This document shows, piece by piece, positions 30,089-43,544 of a stretch of DNA of 64,000 bases. A program made the position numbers and the translations under genes. Positions within the stretch are counted from its first letter, which is position 1, and each line of letters opens with the position of its first letter. Under the pieces are notes generated by a model. It was given only the letters and a program-made list of their open reading frames with translations, searched no databases and was not told the DNA's origin. This DNA is from Macrostomum lignano (lineage: Eukaryota), in the NCBI GenBank assembly GCA_002269645.1, contig NIVC01002054.1:124001-188000 (forward strand). Reading direction: 5' to 3'.

Positions 30089-33000
30089 TCACGAGCAGCA
30101 CACAGAACACGAACTGGTCCGCCGTGAGCCGACAAGGCAGCCGCCGTGAAACACGTGACCGCAACGAAAAGCTACAAAGTAACGTTCCGACTCGGCTTCA
30201 ATTGACTCCGATTGAGTTGCCTCGTTAAACAGACAGCCAACGGTTAATGGTAAGCGACACCAGGCGCAATTAGTCTCGTCTGAGTCCATAGCAACGCCCC
30301 AGCAAAGATTAGCTGAAGCAATAGCTCGCGATTCAGCAGGCGTCACAGATTCGTGTTGCCTGGCGGTGGAATTTTCAGCTGCAACTCGAATGCAATCGGC
30401 TACAAAGCCAGGGATCCGGTGCTCGTTAGCGTCACCAAGCAGACTGAGCACATGGGCTGGTGACAGGCCAATTTTAATTAGGGCCTGAGCGAGTCCATCC
30501 ACAGTGACAGTGGGGCATGAGCGGCTGTCAGGCAGGACTGGATATTCAGTACCGCATTTGCCGCACCGCCGCTGCTGCTGGTGATGCGGCTGAGCAAGCC
30601 TGGAGGCCAGCATGGTGCGCAGGGCCGCCTCAGAGTTGGAGCCGCTGTCTGCGAACGGAGAGAACAGCGAGAAGGGATGGAGCTTTTTTGAGAAGTTTGC
30701 ATGCTTAGTTGCTAGGCAGTGCAATCACTGAGGTGAAATAGCAGTGAAATTTTTTTGAAATCCATTTTGCAGTGACAGGTCAGTGACTCGACAGTCAGTG
30801 ATATTCCAATCAGTGACATCTCAGTCAGTGACATCTCAGTCAGTGACATTTCAATCAGTGACATCTCATTCAGTGACATCTCATTCAGTGACATTTCAAT
30901 CAGTGACAACTCAGTCAGTGACATTTCATTCAGTGACATCTCATTCAGTGACATTTCAATCAGTGACATCTCATTCAGTGAAATTTCAATCAGTGACATC
31001 TCATTCAGTGAAATTTCAATCAGTGACATCTCATTTAGTGACATTTCAATCAGTGACATCTCATTCAGTGACATTTCAATCAGTGACATCTCATTCAGTG
31101 ACATCTCATTCAGTGACATTTCAATCTGTGACCTCTCATTCAGTGACATTTCAATCAGTGACATCTCAGTTAGTGACACGACAATCAGTGACATCTCAGT
31201 CAGTGACATCTCATTTTTGCAGCAAAATTGTAGTCTAATTCTTAGACTTCTAAAATGATGTTATAATAAAGATATCTATAAGTGCCCAGTCACAGGCGGT
31301 CTCACGTAGCCTCAAAACTAATTGAAGTCAAACGCACATGCTTTCGAATTCTAACATCACAGAGAAATGTTAATACACAGTTGGTTGAGCATCATCAAAA
31401 CTTGTTGAAATACTGAAGTCATATATAGGCAAAAATATTTCCATCTAATTAAGGCAAAAGTTTTCTGACCAAGGAAAAGTCACGTTTGACTGCTAAGAAA
31501 AAAAATTACATAATTAGGAGCAGCAAAAGTCCAGAAAAAATCACGTGCATATTTTAATAACGCAGAAAGCAACGCAGCTCACCAACAATGTAATCCAATA
31601 GCTGGCCATTGTCCAACTGCAGGCACCAGAATGCCAAATGAGAGGTCCAACACAGCCGCTTCAATAGATGAATGGCTGGGGATAGCTGACTGGAGAGAGT
31701 GTGGGATAGGCAAGAGAAACACGCATTATTTATTTTAAGTCGGGGCTCAGCAAACTTTTTTATCTCAAGGGCCAGGTAGAAAACCTAGCGCATGACTGCG
31801 GGACAAATGGGGGAGAGGAGAGGGAATAGAGATGAGAGAAGAGAGGAGAGGAGAGAAGAGGAGAAGAGAGGAGAGGAGAGGGGGGAGGAGAGGAGAGGAG
31901 AGAGGAGAGGAGAGAGAAGAGGAGAGGAGGGGAGAGAGAAGAGGAGAGGGGAGGAGAGAGGAGAGGAGAGGAGAGGAGAGGGGGGAGGAGAGAAGAGGAG
32001 AGGAGAGGAGAGAGGAGAGGAGAGGAGAGAGGAGAGGGGAGGGGAGAAAAGGAGAGAAGAGGAGAGGAGAGGAGAGAGGAGAGGAGAGGAGAGAGGAGAG
32101 GGGAGGGGAGAAAAGGAGAGAAGAGGAGAGGAGAGAAGAGGAGAGGAGAGAGAAGAGGAGAGGAGAGGAGAGGAGAGAAGAGGAGAGGAGAGGAGAGAAG
32201 AGGAGAGAAGAGAAGAGGAAAGGAGAGAAGAGAGCTGAGAAGAGACACAAGCCTTGAGCTGGCCAGATTGCTATTGTGAAGTTTCAAATGACCCGAGGGC
32301 CGGAGGCTTCGCTAACCGGAGTTTGCCGACCCCTGCTCTAAGTAGAGTAAACTAATATTAGGCGCGTAATAAATTACTAAAAAAACTCACTGCCGTTTAA
32401 CAAGGTAGCTATAAAGCTGCTGCATATCAATTTTAGGATTAGGACCCTCGCTTCGAGAACAGATTTCGTCCAGAGTGACTTGCTGGCTAACATCCGTTAG
32501 ATCGATACTGAAAGAATACCGAAAAACGCTAATTTTACTACTGGCTTAAGTTAGTAGTAAGAAAAGGCGAGAATAAAATAGAATAGCGAAAAACGCTAAT
32601 TCTATTACTTGTAACAACTATACATAAGTAGTGTAATCAGAACAATACCTTGTTGTTAAAGGAAATCGGCAGTAGTCGCAGCCTTTTTCATCGTTCATCA
32701 TCGGAAAGGATTCTGAGTTGCCGTTGCACCAGCCAAAACGTTGCCCGCCAAATGCTAGAAGGCCGCGAGCGCCAAGCTGGCGCAGAGTGGCGCTCAGATC
32801 GGCGCTTGATGGCGCCGAACTGAAAAATGTACAGTAATTATTCTATATTGTTACACACTGTGACACTGGGTGTGACATTTGGTGTGACACTGGGTGTGAC
32901 ATTGGATGTGGCACTGAGTGTGACACTTGGTGTGACACAGAGTGTGACACTTTATGCGACACTAAATGTGACAATGGGTGTGACACTTTATGTGACACTA

Positions 33001-36000
33001 GGTGTGACACTTTATGTGACACTGGGTGTGACACTTTATGTGACACTGGGTGTGACACTTTATGTGACACTTTATGTGACATTGGGTGTGACACTGGGTG
33101 TGACACTTTATGTGACACTGGGTGTGACACTTTATGTGACAGTGGGTGTGACACTTTATGTGACAGTGGGTGTGACAATGCTTGTGACACTGTATGTGAC
33201 ACTAGGTGTGACACTTTATGTGACACTGGGTGTGACACTTTATGTGACACTGGGTGTGACACTTTATGTGACACTGGGTGTGACACTGGGTGTGACACTT
33301 TATGTGACACTTTATGTGACACTGGGTGTGACACTTTATGTGACAGTGGGTGTGACAGTGGGTGTGACACTTTATGTGACACTTTATGTGACAGTGGGTG
33401 TGACATTGGGTGTGACACTTTATGTGACACTGGGTGTGACACTTTATGTGACAGTGGGTGTGACACTTTATGTGACACTGGGTGTGACACTTTATGTGAC
33501 AGTGGGTGTGACACTGGGTGTGACACTTTATGTGACACTGGGTGTGACACTTTATGTGACACTGGGTGTGACACTTTATGTGACACTTTATGTGACAGTG
33601 GGTGTGACACTGGGTGTGACACTTTATGTGACACTGGGTGTGACACTTTATGTGACAGTGGGTGTGACAGTGGGTGTGACACTTTATGTGACACTGGGTG
33701 TGACACTAAATGTGACACTGGGTGTGACACTAAATGTGACACTGGGTGTGACACTAAATGTGACACTGGGTGTGACACTAAATGTGACACTGGGTGTGAC
33801 ACTAAATGTGACACTGGGTGTGACACTTTATGTGACAGTGGGTGTGACAGTGGGTGTGACACTTTATGTGACACTGGGTGTGACACTAAATGTGACACTG
33901 GGTGTGACACTAAATGTGACACTGGGTGTGACACTAAATGTGACACTGGGTGTGACACTTTAGGTGACACTGGGTGTGTCACTTTATGTGACACTGGGTG
34001 TGACACATTATGTGACACTGGGTGTGACACATTATGTGACACTGGGTGTGACACATTATGTGACACTGGGTGTGACACTTTATGTGACACTGGGTGTGAC
34101 ACTTTATGTGACACTGGGTGTGACACTTTATGTGACACTGGGTGTGACACTTTATGTGACACTGGGTGTGACACTTTATGTGACACTGGGTGTGACACTT
34201 TATGTGACACTGGGTGTGACACATTATGTGACACTGGGTGTGACACATTTTGTGACACTACAAGCGTAACAGTTAATGTTAAGGGCTACGAAAAAGCAGA
34301 CAACATCCCTAATATCTTACTTGTCAGTAGGCAGTAGAGCATTTGCCTTCTCATTAATCATGCTATCCACAAAGGAGGCAAACTCCGCTGCATTGCCGGT
34401 CAACCGGTACAACAGGAACAGCTCATCGCGTTTAAAATAATACAAATGATTTAGCAGAAAATTCTTAATGTCCGACTTGTGACTATTAAAATTTCTGAAA
34501 ATAAATATAGGTCGTATGTATATATTTATCACAAAAAACTATAGTCAAAGGACTCGTTAAGTCTTACTTAATCAGTAGTAGCATAGTCTCCATAGAGGCC
34601 AAGGCGGATGGCGACCTGCCCAGACTTGACAGCAATGATTTACAGCTGGCGTCCACCAGTTTCGGCAGTTCAGAGCTCTCGCATTGCCACAGTTTGTCTG
34701 CGGTTTAACAGCGAAATAAGCTACGTTACACACTACTTTAAGTAAACAAAAAATTTAGTTTAAGATTACTATAAAACGCTATTTAGACTACTTCTAACGA
34801 AGTCGAGCATATTTCTAGCGGGATTATAGCCTAGTGGTTAGAGCGTCGGTCTCACGACGGAAAGGTCGGGGGTTCGATTCTTAATTCACTCGGAACAATT
34901 GTTTGTCCTTGAGCACTTAACTGAGCATTGCTTCAGTTCATCCAGCTGTAAAATGGGTACCAGCATTAGCTGGGGTAATTGAGGTTGCAATTGTTTAAAG
35001 AATAAAAAATGCTTCTAACACTACTTCAAGTAGCAAATATTCTACTTGAAATTTTCGGAAAAAATCCTTTTTACACTACTTGCAAGTAGACAGTCAAGGA
35101 TAATATTATCAAATAGCAGTTTAATCGGTAGGAAAAGTCAGATTTACTCACTCCAACAGAAACTGAGCACTTGAACAGTATCAGAAGCTTCCAGACTCAA
35201 TGCTTCATCTGCTCCGCAAGCCAACCGACGAACTGTAGCCCAATCAACTTGTTGAACAAATCCGTCAGCTTCCAGATCCAGATTAGACATCAGTTCAGAC
35301 TGAGGCTTGGCCGTTATAATGACAACTTTCAACAGTTCATCAATCGGTGAAGATGCTGCATTGCTGTCAATCTGACAGGCTCTGACAGGTCTGACTGTCA
35401 ACCAATCAGCGTCAGTCTGCACTGATTTATCCCTAGCCGAGCCAACAGCATCGGCAACAGAAGAACCCGACAATATCGAGGCCGATGACTTATCGACAGT
35501 CAGTCTCAGAGCGACAATCCAGCCTAACAGGCAGCTTAATTCCGATTTCAATTTTTCCGCTATTGGAAACGATCTTGTTGACATTGGCAACCAGGCTGTT
35601 TGAGTCTGGGCAGTGCTAACAGGTGCACTACTACTACTAGCAGTAGTTTGACAGAATGCGCCGTTAGTAGCCAGATAACTCAGACGCTTTCTAGATAACT
35701 CAGCCAACAGATTAGCTAAATCCAACAAGCGATTAACGCAGTCCACAGGTGCCGCCTCGGCGCTTACAAGTCTCTGATGAAGCGTCAGGGATTCTGCTTC
35801 CAGCTTAACCAGGTCGGCCGGCTCCAGGCCGGCAAACTGGTCAGCGCCGGTCAGTTCCGACGGCGAGCCGGGCCTGCCAGCCAGAGCCCGCTTCTTCAAT
35901 GACTGCGCCTTGCCGCGGAAGCCGCCGAAATTGATCGGCACCCGGAAGTCGGTCATGATCATGCCGGCCGAGACGGCGGTGACGTCGGTGCCAACGAGCT

Positions 36001-39000
36001 CGTCGCTAGGCGGTATGCCCGCAGCTGTAGCGGCATCGTCAGGCTTTGGCCAGTTGATGTACTGGATTAGGCGGCCAACCCCGGCTGATGCGGCAGCCAG
36101 CTTCTCAGAGACAGCAACCGCGGCGGTGGCGTGGGCGGGCGCAGCGGCGGCGGGCAGCGCACTGGCGAGAGAGAGAAGGCACAGATATGTAACTGCAGCA
36201 TATATATAGAACATCTAAATAGAAATTAAGGCATATTATTTATAGTTGCCTATGTTTCTACTGCAAGTAGGCCAATGAGAGAACGCATTGGATGAACAAC
36301 TTTGCAAAATTGGTAGTAGCATCCTAAAAGTGGAAATATCCCGAAACTGGAAATATCCCCACAATTGGAAATATCTCCACAACTGGAAAATCCCACAACT
36401 GGAAAATCCCAAAACTGGAAATACCCCCAAACTGGAAATATCCAAAAAACTGGAAATATCCCAAAACTGAAAATATCCCCAAACTGGAAGTATCCCTACA
36501 GCTGGAAATATCCCACAACTAGAAATATCCCCAAAACTGGAAATATACCTAAAACTGGAAATATCCGCAAAACTGGAAATATCCCTGAAAACTGGAAATA
36601 TCTCCAAAACTGGAAATATCCCCAAACTGGAAATATCGTTAATAGGATAAAATATCCATACAAAAAGCCTAAGCGGAGAATTTCCCTCCCTCGCCGGTCA
36701 CTACCTATCGCTAGCCGACGCGCGCAGGCTGTTGGACGCGGCGGCACCAACAGCATAGATACCAGAGTCCGTACGTCTGATTCTACACGATTCATCAGCC
36801 GCAACGGAAGTTGCCCTGCGATACTCTTCACTTTCCAGCAACCAGCCGAATCCCGAATCCACATCAATGCCCGCAGCTGAGCAGCATCGACTCAGACAGT
36901 CGGTTGTCAACGTCAACAATAGCTTTTGATCGCCTAGCAACCGATCTCTGGGCTGATCAAGCAGCCACTTGGTCAGGCCTACGGGATACGCGCCGCTGAG
37001 TGTTGATACAACACTGGCTGGATTAGGGCAGACTCGGATTAGCACCAGGTGGCGATCGTTTATTAATAGGGCCAGGTGCGCTGCAGCCGCTGAGCTTGAT
37101 GCAGCCGCTTGGCAACTGCTTCTGGTGACCGCGATGCTGCTGATGCCTGAGGGAGGCAATTATACAATATTAATGATAGTCTTTTTTATAGTTTTATAAG
37201 AGGTTATTACACGTGGAGTAGAGTCTCTCAGTGGACAGCGATACAACATGGAACCCCTGAGTTCTTTGAGCACCCTTCAACCCCAGATCCCTTCAAACCT
37301 TTAATTCCAGATCCCTTCAAACCTTTAACTCCAGATCCATTCAACCCTTCAATCTTAGAACCCTTCAAACCAGACCTTTTTGACCCAGATTCACCCAGAT
37401 TTGATCCGTTCACCCCGTGAACCCTTCACCCCTTCAAGCCTTCACCTCTTCAAACCTTCACCTCTTCAAACCTTCACCCCTTCAAACCTTCACCTCTTCA
37501 AACCTTCACCCCTTCAAACCTTCACCTCTTCAAACCATCACCCCTTCAAACCTTCACCTCTTCAAACCTTCACCCCTTCAAACCTTCACCTCTTCAAACC
37601 TTCACCCCTTCAAACCTTCACCTCTTTAAACCTTTACCCCTTCAAACCTTCACCTCTTCAAACCTTCACCCCTTCAAACCTTCACCTCTTCAAACCTTCA
37701 CCTCTTCAAAACTTCACCTCTTCAAAACTTCACCTCTTCAAAACTTCACCTCTTCAAAACTTCACCTCTTCAAACCTTCAACCCTTCACCCCTTCATCCC
37801 TTCAACCCTTCATCCCTTCAACCCTTCACCCCTTCAACCCTTCACCCCTTCAACCCTTCAACCCTTCACCCCTTCAACCCTTCACCCCTTCAACCCTTCA
37901 CCCTTTCACCCCCGCAACTCACAGGAACAGCCGGCCAGCCAGCAGACCACCCGAGGTCCGGCTGCCGTGTCAAAGAAAAGTACATCGTGCAACTCGGTGA
38001 CCACAATCAGCAGGTTGGGCCCGGCTTGAACCAGCTGACGATAGGTGCCGTTGCACTGAGCGTTGGCTACGCAAGATGACGAATGGAGGCTGTGAGAGCC
38101 GGGGTTTATTCTGTGGGCAGCGGGTATGAGTGTGGCATTTCAAGTGACCAGTATGCTTCAAAGAGATAATGATCTAAGGCTACTAGTCAATATCAACTGA
38201 TCGGGGTCAAACTCGCGATTTCGTTATTTTTCCATCGCCCGACAAAGAGTCTTGGAGACCATATTTGAGGGTCATAGCTAATTTACTTAGGTGTCATAGA
38301 AGTCATACTCGAGGGTTATAGCAACTCTTAGGGCTCATAGGAGTCATATTTGAGGGTCATGAGTTATACTTAAGTGTCATAACTACGAGCTAATTTAATT
38401 AGGAGTCATACTCGAGGGTCATATTAACTTAGGGGTTATAGGAGTCATACTTAAGGTTGATAGAAACTTACGGTCATAGGAGTCATATTTGAGGGTCATG
38501 AGTCATAGGAGTCATGCTCGAGGTTCATTAAAACTTAGGGGTCATATGAGTCATACCTGAAGGTAATAGCAAATAAGGAGTCATAGGAGTCATATTTAAG
38601 GGTCATGAGTCATACTTAAGTGTCACAACTAATTTACTTAGGAATCATAGGAGTTATACTCGAGGGTCATAGCAACTGAGGGGTCATAGGAGTCATATTT
38701 GAGGGTCATGGGTCGTACTTAGGGTCATAGCTAATTTACTTATGGGTCTTGAGTCATAGGAGTCATGCTCGGAGGTCATGGCAACTTAGGGGTCATAGGA
38801 GTCATACCTGAAGGTTATAGCAAATAGGATTGCTGATACCTGAAGGCCATGCTACTCAAAAGTCAGGGTTTTTACTTTATTAGGGTCATAGCCAATAAGA
38901 GTCGTACTCAATGGTCATAGCTACCTAACTATACTCATAGCTGCTAAGAAAACGTATACAAGCAAGTCTTACAAAATGTCACTCAAGGCCAGCCTCTCAG

Positions 39001-42000
39001 CTGCATCGGCCAGCCTGCTGCCAAACACAAACGTGTTAAGAACTCGTTTTGAATCGGTGCGCAGCAGCCACATCCGGTGCTTGGGCCGGGCGGCGTAAAC
39101 TTTAGCCGCCACCGCCGCCGCCGGAGCCGGGCCGGTCTCGGCGAACAGGCAGGCCCCAAACGGGCCGTTTCTTGGCTTGTCCGAGCCGAGTTGAAAAAAT
39201 GTCCGACTGTCTGCGTTGCACAGCACCGCCCGGCACCTGGTGGAGACCAACAGCAGGTGCTGCTGACTGCCCCAGTCTGAGTCCAGCTGCACTATGGGAC
39301 CCTCCTGCGGCAGCGTCAGCACCTGCTCGCATGTGGCGTCCAGCGCGAACAGCTCCCGGGGCTGGGCGCGGGTTTCGGCGCGGGCGGGTGTTGCAACTTT
39401 TTTTAATACTTCATTCTCGATTTAGTCTAACAGCTACTCAACATTCAGATGGGCATGGCTGCCAACCTCCCATCTCCCCCTCAGGACCCCTCCTCTCACT
39501 CTCCTCATTCCCACTTTCCTTCTCAACCCCGCTCTTAATCTCCCTCAATCTCCCTCAATCTCTCTCAATCTCCCCTCAATCTCCCTCAATCTCCCTCAAT
39601 CTCTCTCAATCTCCCCTCAATCTCTCTCAATCTTCCTCAATCTCCCTCAATCTCTCTCAATCTCCCTCAATCTCTCTCAATCTCCCCTCAATCTCCCTCA
39701 ATCTCTCTCAATCTCCCCTCAATCTCCCTCAATCTCTCTCAATCTCCCTCAATCTCTCTCAATCTCCCTCAATCTCTCTCAATCTCCCCTCAATCTCCCT
39801 CAATCTCTCTCAATCTCCCTCAATCTCTCTCAATCTCCCTCAATCTCTCTCAATCTCCCTCAATCTCCCTCAATCTCCTTCAATCTCCCCTCAATCTCCC
39901 TCAATCTCCCTCAATCTCCCTCAATCTCTTTCAATCTCCCTCAATCTCTCTCAATCTCCCTCAATCTCCCTCAATCTCTCTCAATCTCCCTCAATCTCCC
40001 TCAATCTCCCTCAATCTCCTTCAATCTCCCCTCAATCTCCCTCAATCTCTCTCAATCTCCCTCAATCTCTCTCAATCTCCCTCAATCTCTCTCAATCTCC
40101 CTCAATCTCTCTCAATCTCTCTCAATCTCCCCTCAATTTCTCTCAATCTCTCTCAATCTCTCTCAATCTCCCTCAATCTCCCCTCAATCTCCCTCAATCT
40201 CTCTCAATCTCTCTCAATCTCTCTCAATCTCCCTCAATCTCCTTCAATCTCTCTCAATCTCCCTCAATCTCCTTCAATCTCTCTCAATCTCCCTCAATCT
40301 CTCTCAATCTCCTTCAATCTCTCTCAATTTCCCTCAATCTCTCTCAATCTCCTTCAATCTCTCTCAATCTCCCTCAATCTCCCTCAATCTCCCTCAATCT
40401 CTCTCAATCTCCCTCAATCTCCCTCAATCTCTCTCAATCTCCTTCAATCTCCCCTCAATCTCTCTCAATCTCCCTCAATCTCTCTCAATCTCCCCTCAAT
40501 CTCCCTCAATCTCTCTCTATCTCTCTCAATCTCCCCTCAATCTCCCTCAATCTCTCTCAATCTCTCTCAATCTCCCTCAATCTCCCTCAATCTCCCTCAA
40601 TCTCTCTCAATCTCCCTCAATCTCTCTCAATCTCCCTCAATCTCTCTCAATCTCCCTCAATCTCTCTCAATCTCCCTCAATTTCTCTCAATCTCTCTCAA
40701 TCTCCCTCAATCTCCCTCAATCTCTCAATCTCCCCTCAATCTCCCTCAATCTCTCTCAATCTCTCTCAATCTCTCTCAATCTCCCCTCAATCTCCCTCAA
40801 TCTCTCTCAATCTCCCTCAATCTCTCTCAATCTCCCTCAATCTCTCTCAATCTTCCTCAATCTCCCTCAATCTCTCTCAATCTCCCTCAATCTCTCTCAA
40901 TCTTCCTCAATCTCCCTCAATCTCTCTCAATCTCCCTCAATCTCTCTCAATCTCCCTCAATCTCTCTCAATCTCTCTCAATCTCCCTCAATCTCTCTCAA
41001 TCTCCTACAATCTCTCTCAATCTCCCTCAATCTCCCTCAATGTCCCTCAATCTCTCTCAATCTCCCCTCAATCTCCCTCAATCTCTCTCAATCTCCCTCA
41101 ATCTCTCTCAATCTCCCTCAATCTCTCTCAATCTCCCACTGAATCCCCGCAACCCCAGCAGCACCGCCTACCGAGTCGGCCATAGAAGTAGACGACACCA
41201 TTCCATCGGAGTCGCCAGAGAACAGACAGCCGGCAGTCCAGGCCACACAGGTGATTACTCTACCGGTGTGCATCCGATTAATCCTGACCCGATCTGCCCA
41301 GCACCTGCGCTGGGTGCTGTGCAATTCGTACACCTCAACGTGGCCGTTGCTAAGGGCGCAGGCTAGATAGCGATCGTTAGGAGACAGAGCCAACAGGCGG
41401 GCCACGCCGTTATTATTGAGACTGAAGTGCAGTCGCAGCTGCAGACTGGCGGAACCAAACGGGGCGGTGAGAATTCGAACTACTCCGGAATTTGAGCACA
41501 GGGCCAGCGAGCCGCCGCTGGTCAGAGATATCGCTGTGGTCTGCGGAGGGTGGAGTGCCGCGTTCTGTCAGACACATCGCTGTTGCGAGGTCAGTAAAGC
41601 GAGTAAAAAAAGGAAGAAAAATGGAGACAAGGGAGAGGAAGACAGTCGTGGGGGAGACAAAGGTGAGGGAGACGGAGGAGAGGGAGACAGGGGTGAGGGA
41701 GACAGGGTGAGGGAGACAGGGGTGAGGGAGACAGGGTGAGGGAGACAGGGGTGAGGGAGGCAGGGATGAGGGAGACAGGGGTGAGGGAGACAGGGGTGAG
41801 GGAGACAGGGTGAGGGAGACAGGGGTGAGGGAGGCAGGGATGAGGGAGACAGGGGTGAGGGAGGCAGGGAGAGGGAGACAGGGGAGAGGGAGACGGGGAG
41901 AGGGAGACGGGGGAGAGGAAGACAGGGGAGAGGGTGACAGGGGAGGGGAGACAGGGGAGAGGAAGACAGGGGAGAGGAAGACAGGGGAGAGGAAGACAGG

Positions 42001-43367
42001 AAAGAGGAAGACAGGGGAGGGGAGACAGGGGAGAGGAAGACAGGGGAGAGGAAGACAGGAAAGAGGGAGACAGGGGAGGGGAGACAGGGGAGAGGAAGAC
42101 AGGGGAGAGGAAGACAGGGGAGAGGTGGTGAAAGAGGTAGACAGGAGAGGGAGACAGGGGAGAGGAAGACAGGGGAGAGGAAGACAGGAAAGAGGGAGAC
42201 AGGGGAGGGGAGACAGGGGAGAGGAAGACAGGAAAGAGGGAGACAGGGGAGGGGAGACAGGGGAGAGGAGACAGGGGAGAGGAGACAGGGGAGAGGGAGA
42301 CAGGAAAGAGGGAGACAGGGGAGGGGAGACAGGGGAGAGGAAGACAGGAAAGAGGGAGACAGGGGAGGGGAGACAGGGGAGAGGAGACAGGGGAGAGGAG
42401 ACAGGGGAGAGGGAGACAGGGGAGAGGGAGACAGGAAAGAGGGAGACAGGGGAGGGGAGACAGAGGAAAGGAGACAGGGGAGAGGAGACAGGGGAGAGGG
42501 AGACAGGGGAGAGGAAGACAGGAAAGAGGGAGACAGGAAAGAGGGAGACAGGGGAGGGGAGACAGGGGAGAGGAAGACAGGGGAGGGGAGACAGGGGAGA
42601 GGAAGACAGGGGAGAGGAAGACAGGAAAGAGGGAGACAGGGGAGGGGAGACAGGGAGAGGAAGACAGGGGAGAGGTGGTGAAAGAGGTAGACAGGAGAGG
42701 GAGACAGGGGAGAGGAAGACAGGGGAGAGGAAGACAGGAAAGAGGGAGACAGGGGAGGGGAGACAGGGGAGAGGAAGACAGGAAAGAGGGAGACAGGGGA
42801 GGGGAGACAGGGGAGAGGAAGACAGGGGAGGGGAGACAGGGGAGAGGAAGACAGGGGAGAGGAAGACAGGAAAGAGGGAGACAGGGGAGGGGAGACAGGG
42901 GAGAGGAAGACAGGGGAGAGGTGGTGAAAGAGGTAGACAGGAGAGGGAGACAGGGGAGAGGAAGACAGGGGAGAGGAAGACAGGAAAGAGGGAGACAGGA
43001 GAGGGGAGACAGGGGAGAGGAAGACAGGAAAGAGGGAGACAGGGGAGGGGAGACAGGGGAGAGGGAGACAGGGGAGAGGGAGACAGGGGAGAGGGAGATC
43101 AATTCAGATTATACCTAGGAAGAAGCTGCCTAATCATGTACAAGTATACCGAAAAAAGCAATAATTCCACAATAAAAAGCAAACTACGAGTAATTCAGCT
43201 CAACTCACCGTATTCCGCTGCGACAGCTTGGCAACGCTTTGAATTTTCTCATCGATTTGTTCGGCAAAGACCTGGCAGACGGCGGATGAGGTGGCCGCTT
43301 CTGGTGGAGCAGAGGCGGTGCCATCAGCCGCAGACAGCTGCCCTGATGCAGAGGCCTCCGAGGCCAT
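30089..43367 (-). CDS. HPS5: BLOC-2 subunit HPS5 (pink) homolog, ~1207 aa. Exons: 43367-43209, 41540-41172, 39361-38973, 38089-37923, 37146-36705, 36161-35152, 34697-34568, 34494-34321, 32507-32391, 31689-31583, 30648-30089
   Basis: N-terminal WD40 blocks match HPS5 from memory (HTGRVITCVAW...LFSGDSDGMV; IVQLD...LLVSTRCRAVLC...FFQLGSDKPRNGPFGACLF; VYAARPKHRMW). All 10 introns are GT-AG with consistent phases; the exon sum is 3624 nt, a multiple of 3. No TECPR repeats were seen, which favours HPS5 over TECPR2. Confidence 0.9.
30775..31212. repeat. 15-bp minisatellite (tcagtgacatctcat/tcagtgacatttcaa) in the last HPS5 intron
   Basis: About 29 copies. Confidence 0.95.
31741..32335. mobile_element. 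Non-autonomous hAT (Charlie-like) element containing an expanded GA-rich repeat (31810-32240)
   Basis: Left end CGGGGCTCAGCAAACT; reverse complement of right end CAGGGGTCGGCAAACT. Flanks ttttaagt / ctctaagt match 6/8. Confidence 0.65.
32853..34258. repeat. 12-bp minisatellite with alternating variants (gtgacactgggt / gtgacactttat) in HPS5 intron
   Basis: More than 100 units. Confidence 0.97.
34818..35010 (+). mobile_element. tRNA-headed SINE with CORE-like central domain in HPS5 intron
   Basis: A box TAGCCTAGTGG, B box GGTTCGATTCT, then tgtccttgagcacttaactgagcattgcttcagttcatccagctgtaaaatggg (resembles the CORE/MIR consensus from memory), and an A-rich end. Confidence 0.7.
36335..36636. repeat. 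~19-bp minisatellite (aaactggaaatatcccca) in HPS5 intron
   Basis: About 16 copies; the transcribed strand carries repeated TTTCCAG. Confidence 0.93.
37260..37910. repeat. 16-bp minisatellite (accttcacctcttcaa) in HPS5 intron
   Basis: Direct reading. Confidence 0.93.
38270..38940. repeat. Degenerate tandem repeat (gagggtcataggagtcatact-like) in HPS5 intron
   Basis: Recurrent ggtcatag/gagtcata motifs. Confidence 0.8.
39535..41135. repeat. 10-bp microsatellite (tcaatctccc/tcaatctctc) in HPS5 intron 2
   Basis: About 160 units. Confidence 0.97.
41620..43097. repeat. GA-rich repeat (gggagacagggga...) in HPS5 intron 1
   Basis: Direct reading. Confidence 0.95.
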
Positions 43368-43544
43368 TCGCAGTAATCTTATTTAAACTGACTAGCTGGA
43401 CTCAGTGCCAGTGAGTTGGACTCTGCAAATCGCGATTTCAAAGAGCAGTAAACAGAGAAATCACTCCCCTCACTCTAGTAAGGGAGTCATGCATCAAGTT
43501 TTTTTCCACAGGGTTTGTCAATGTGTAGTGAGTCAGTAGGTCAG

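Noticed and set aside
34818-34890. tRNA genes here and at 13613-13690 and 50945-51017
   Set aside because: A and B boxes are present but the stems do not pair into a cloverleaf, and each continues into a SINE body with a tail or TSD.
35148-35152. Apparent phase conflict at the end of HPS5 exon 6 (tandem donors GTGAGT/GTAAAT)
   Set aside because: Resolved by a 130-nt exon at 34697-34568 that is missing from the ORF track and restores phase with the consensus donor.
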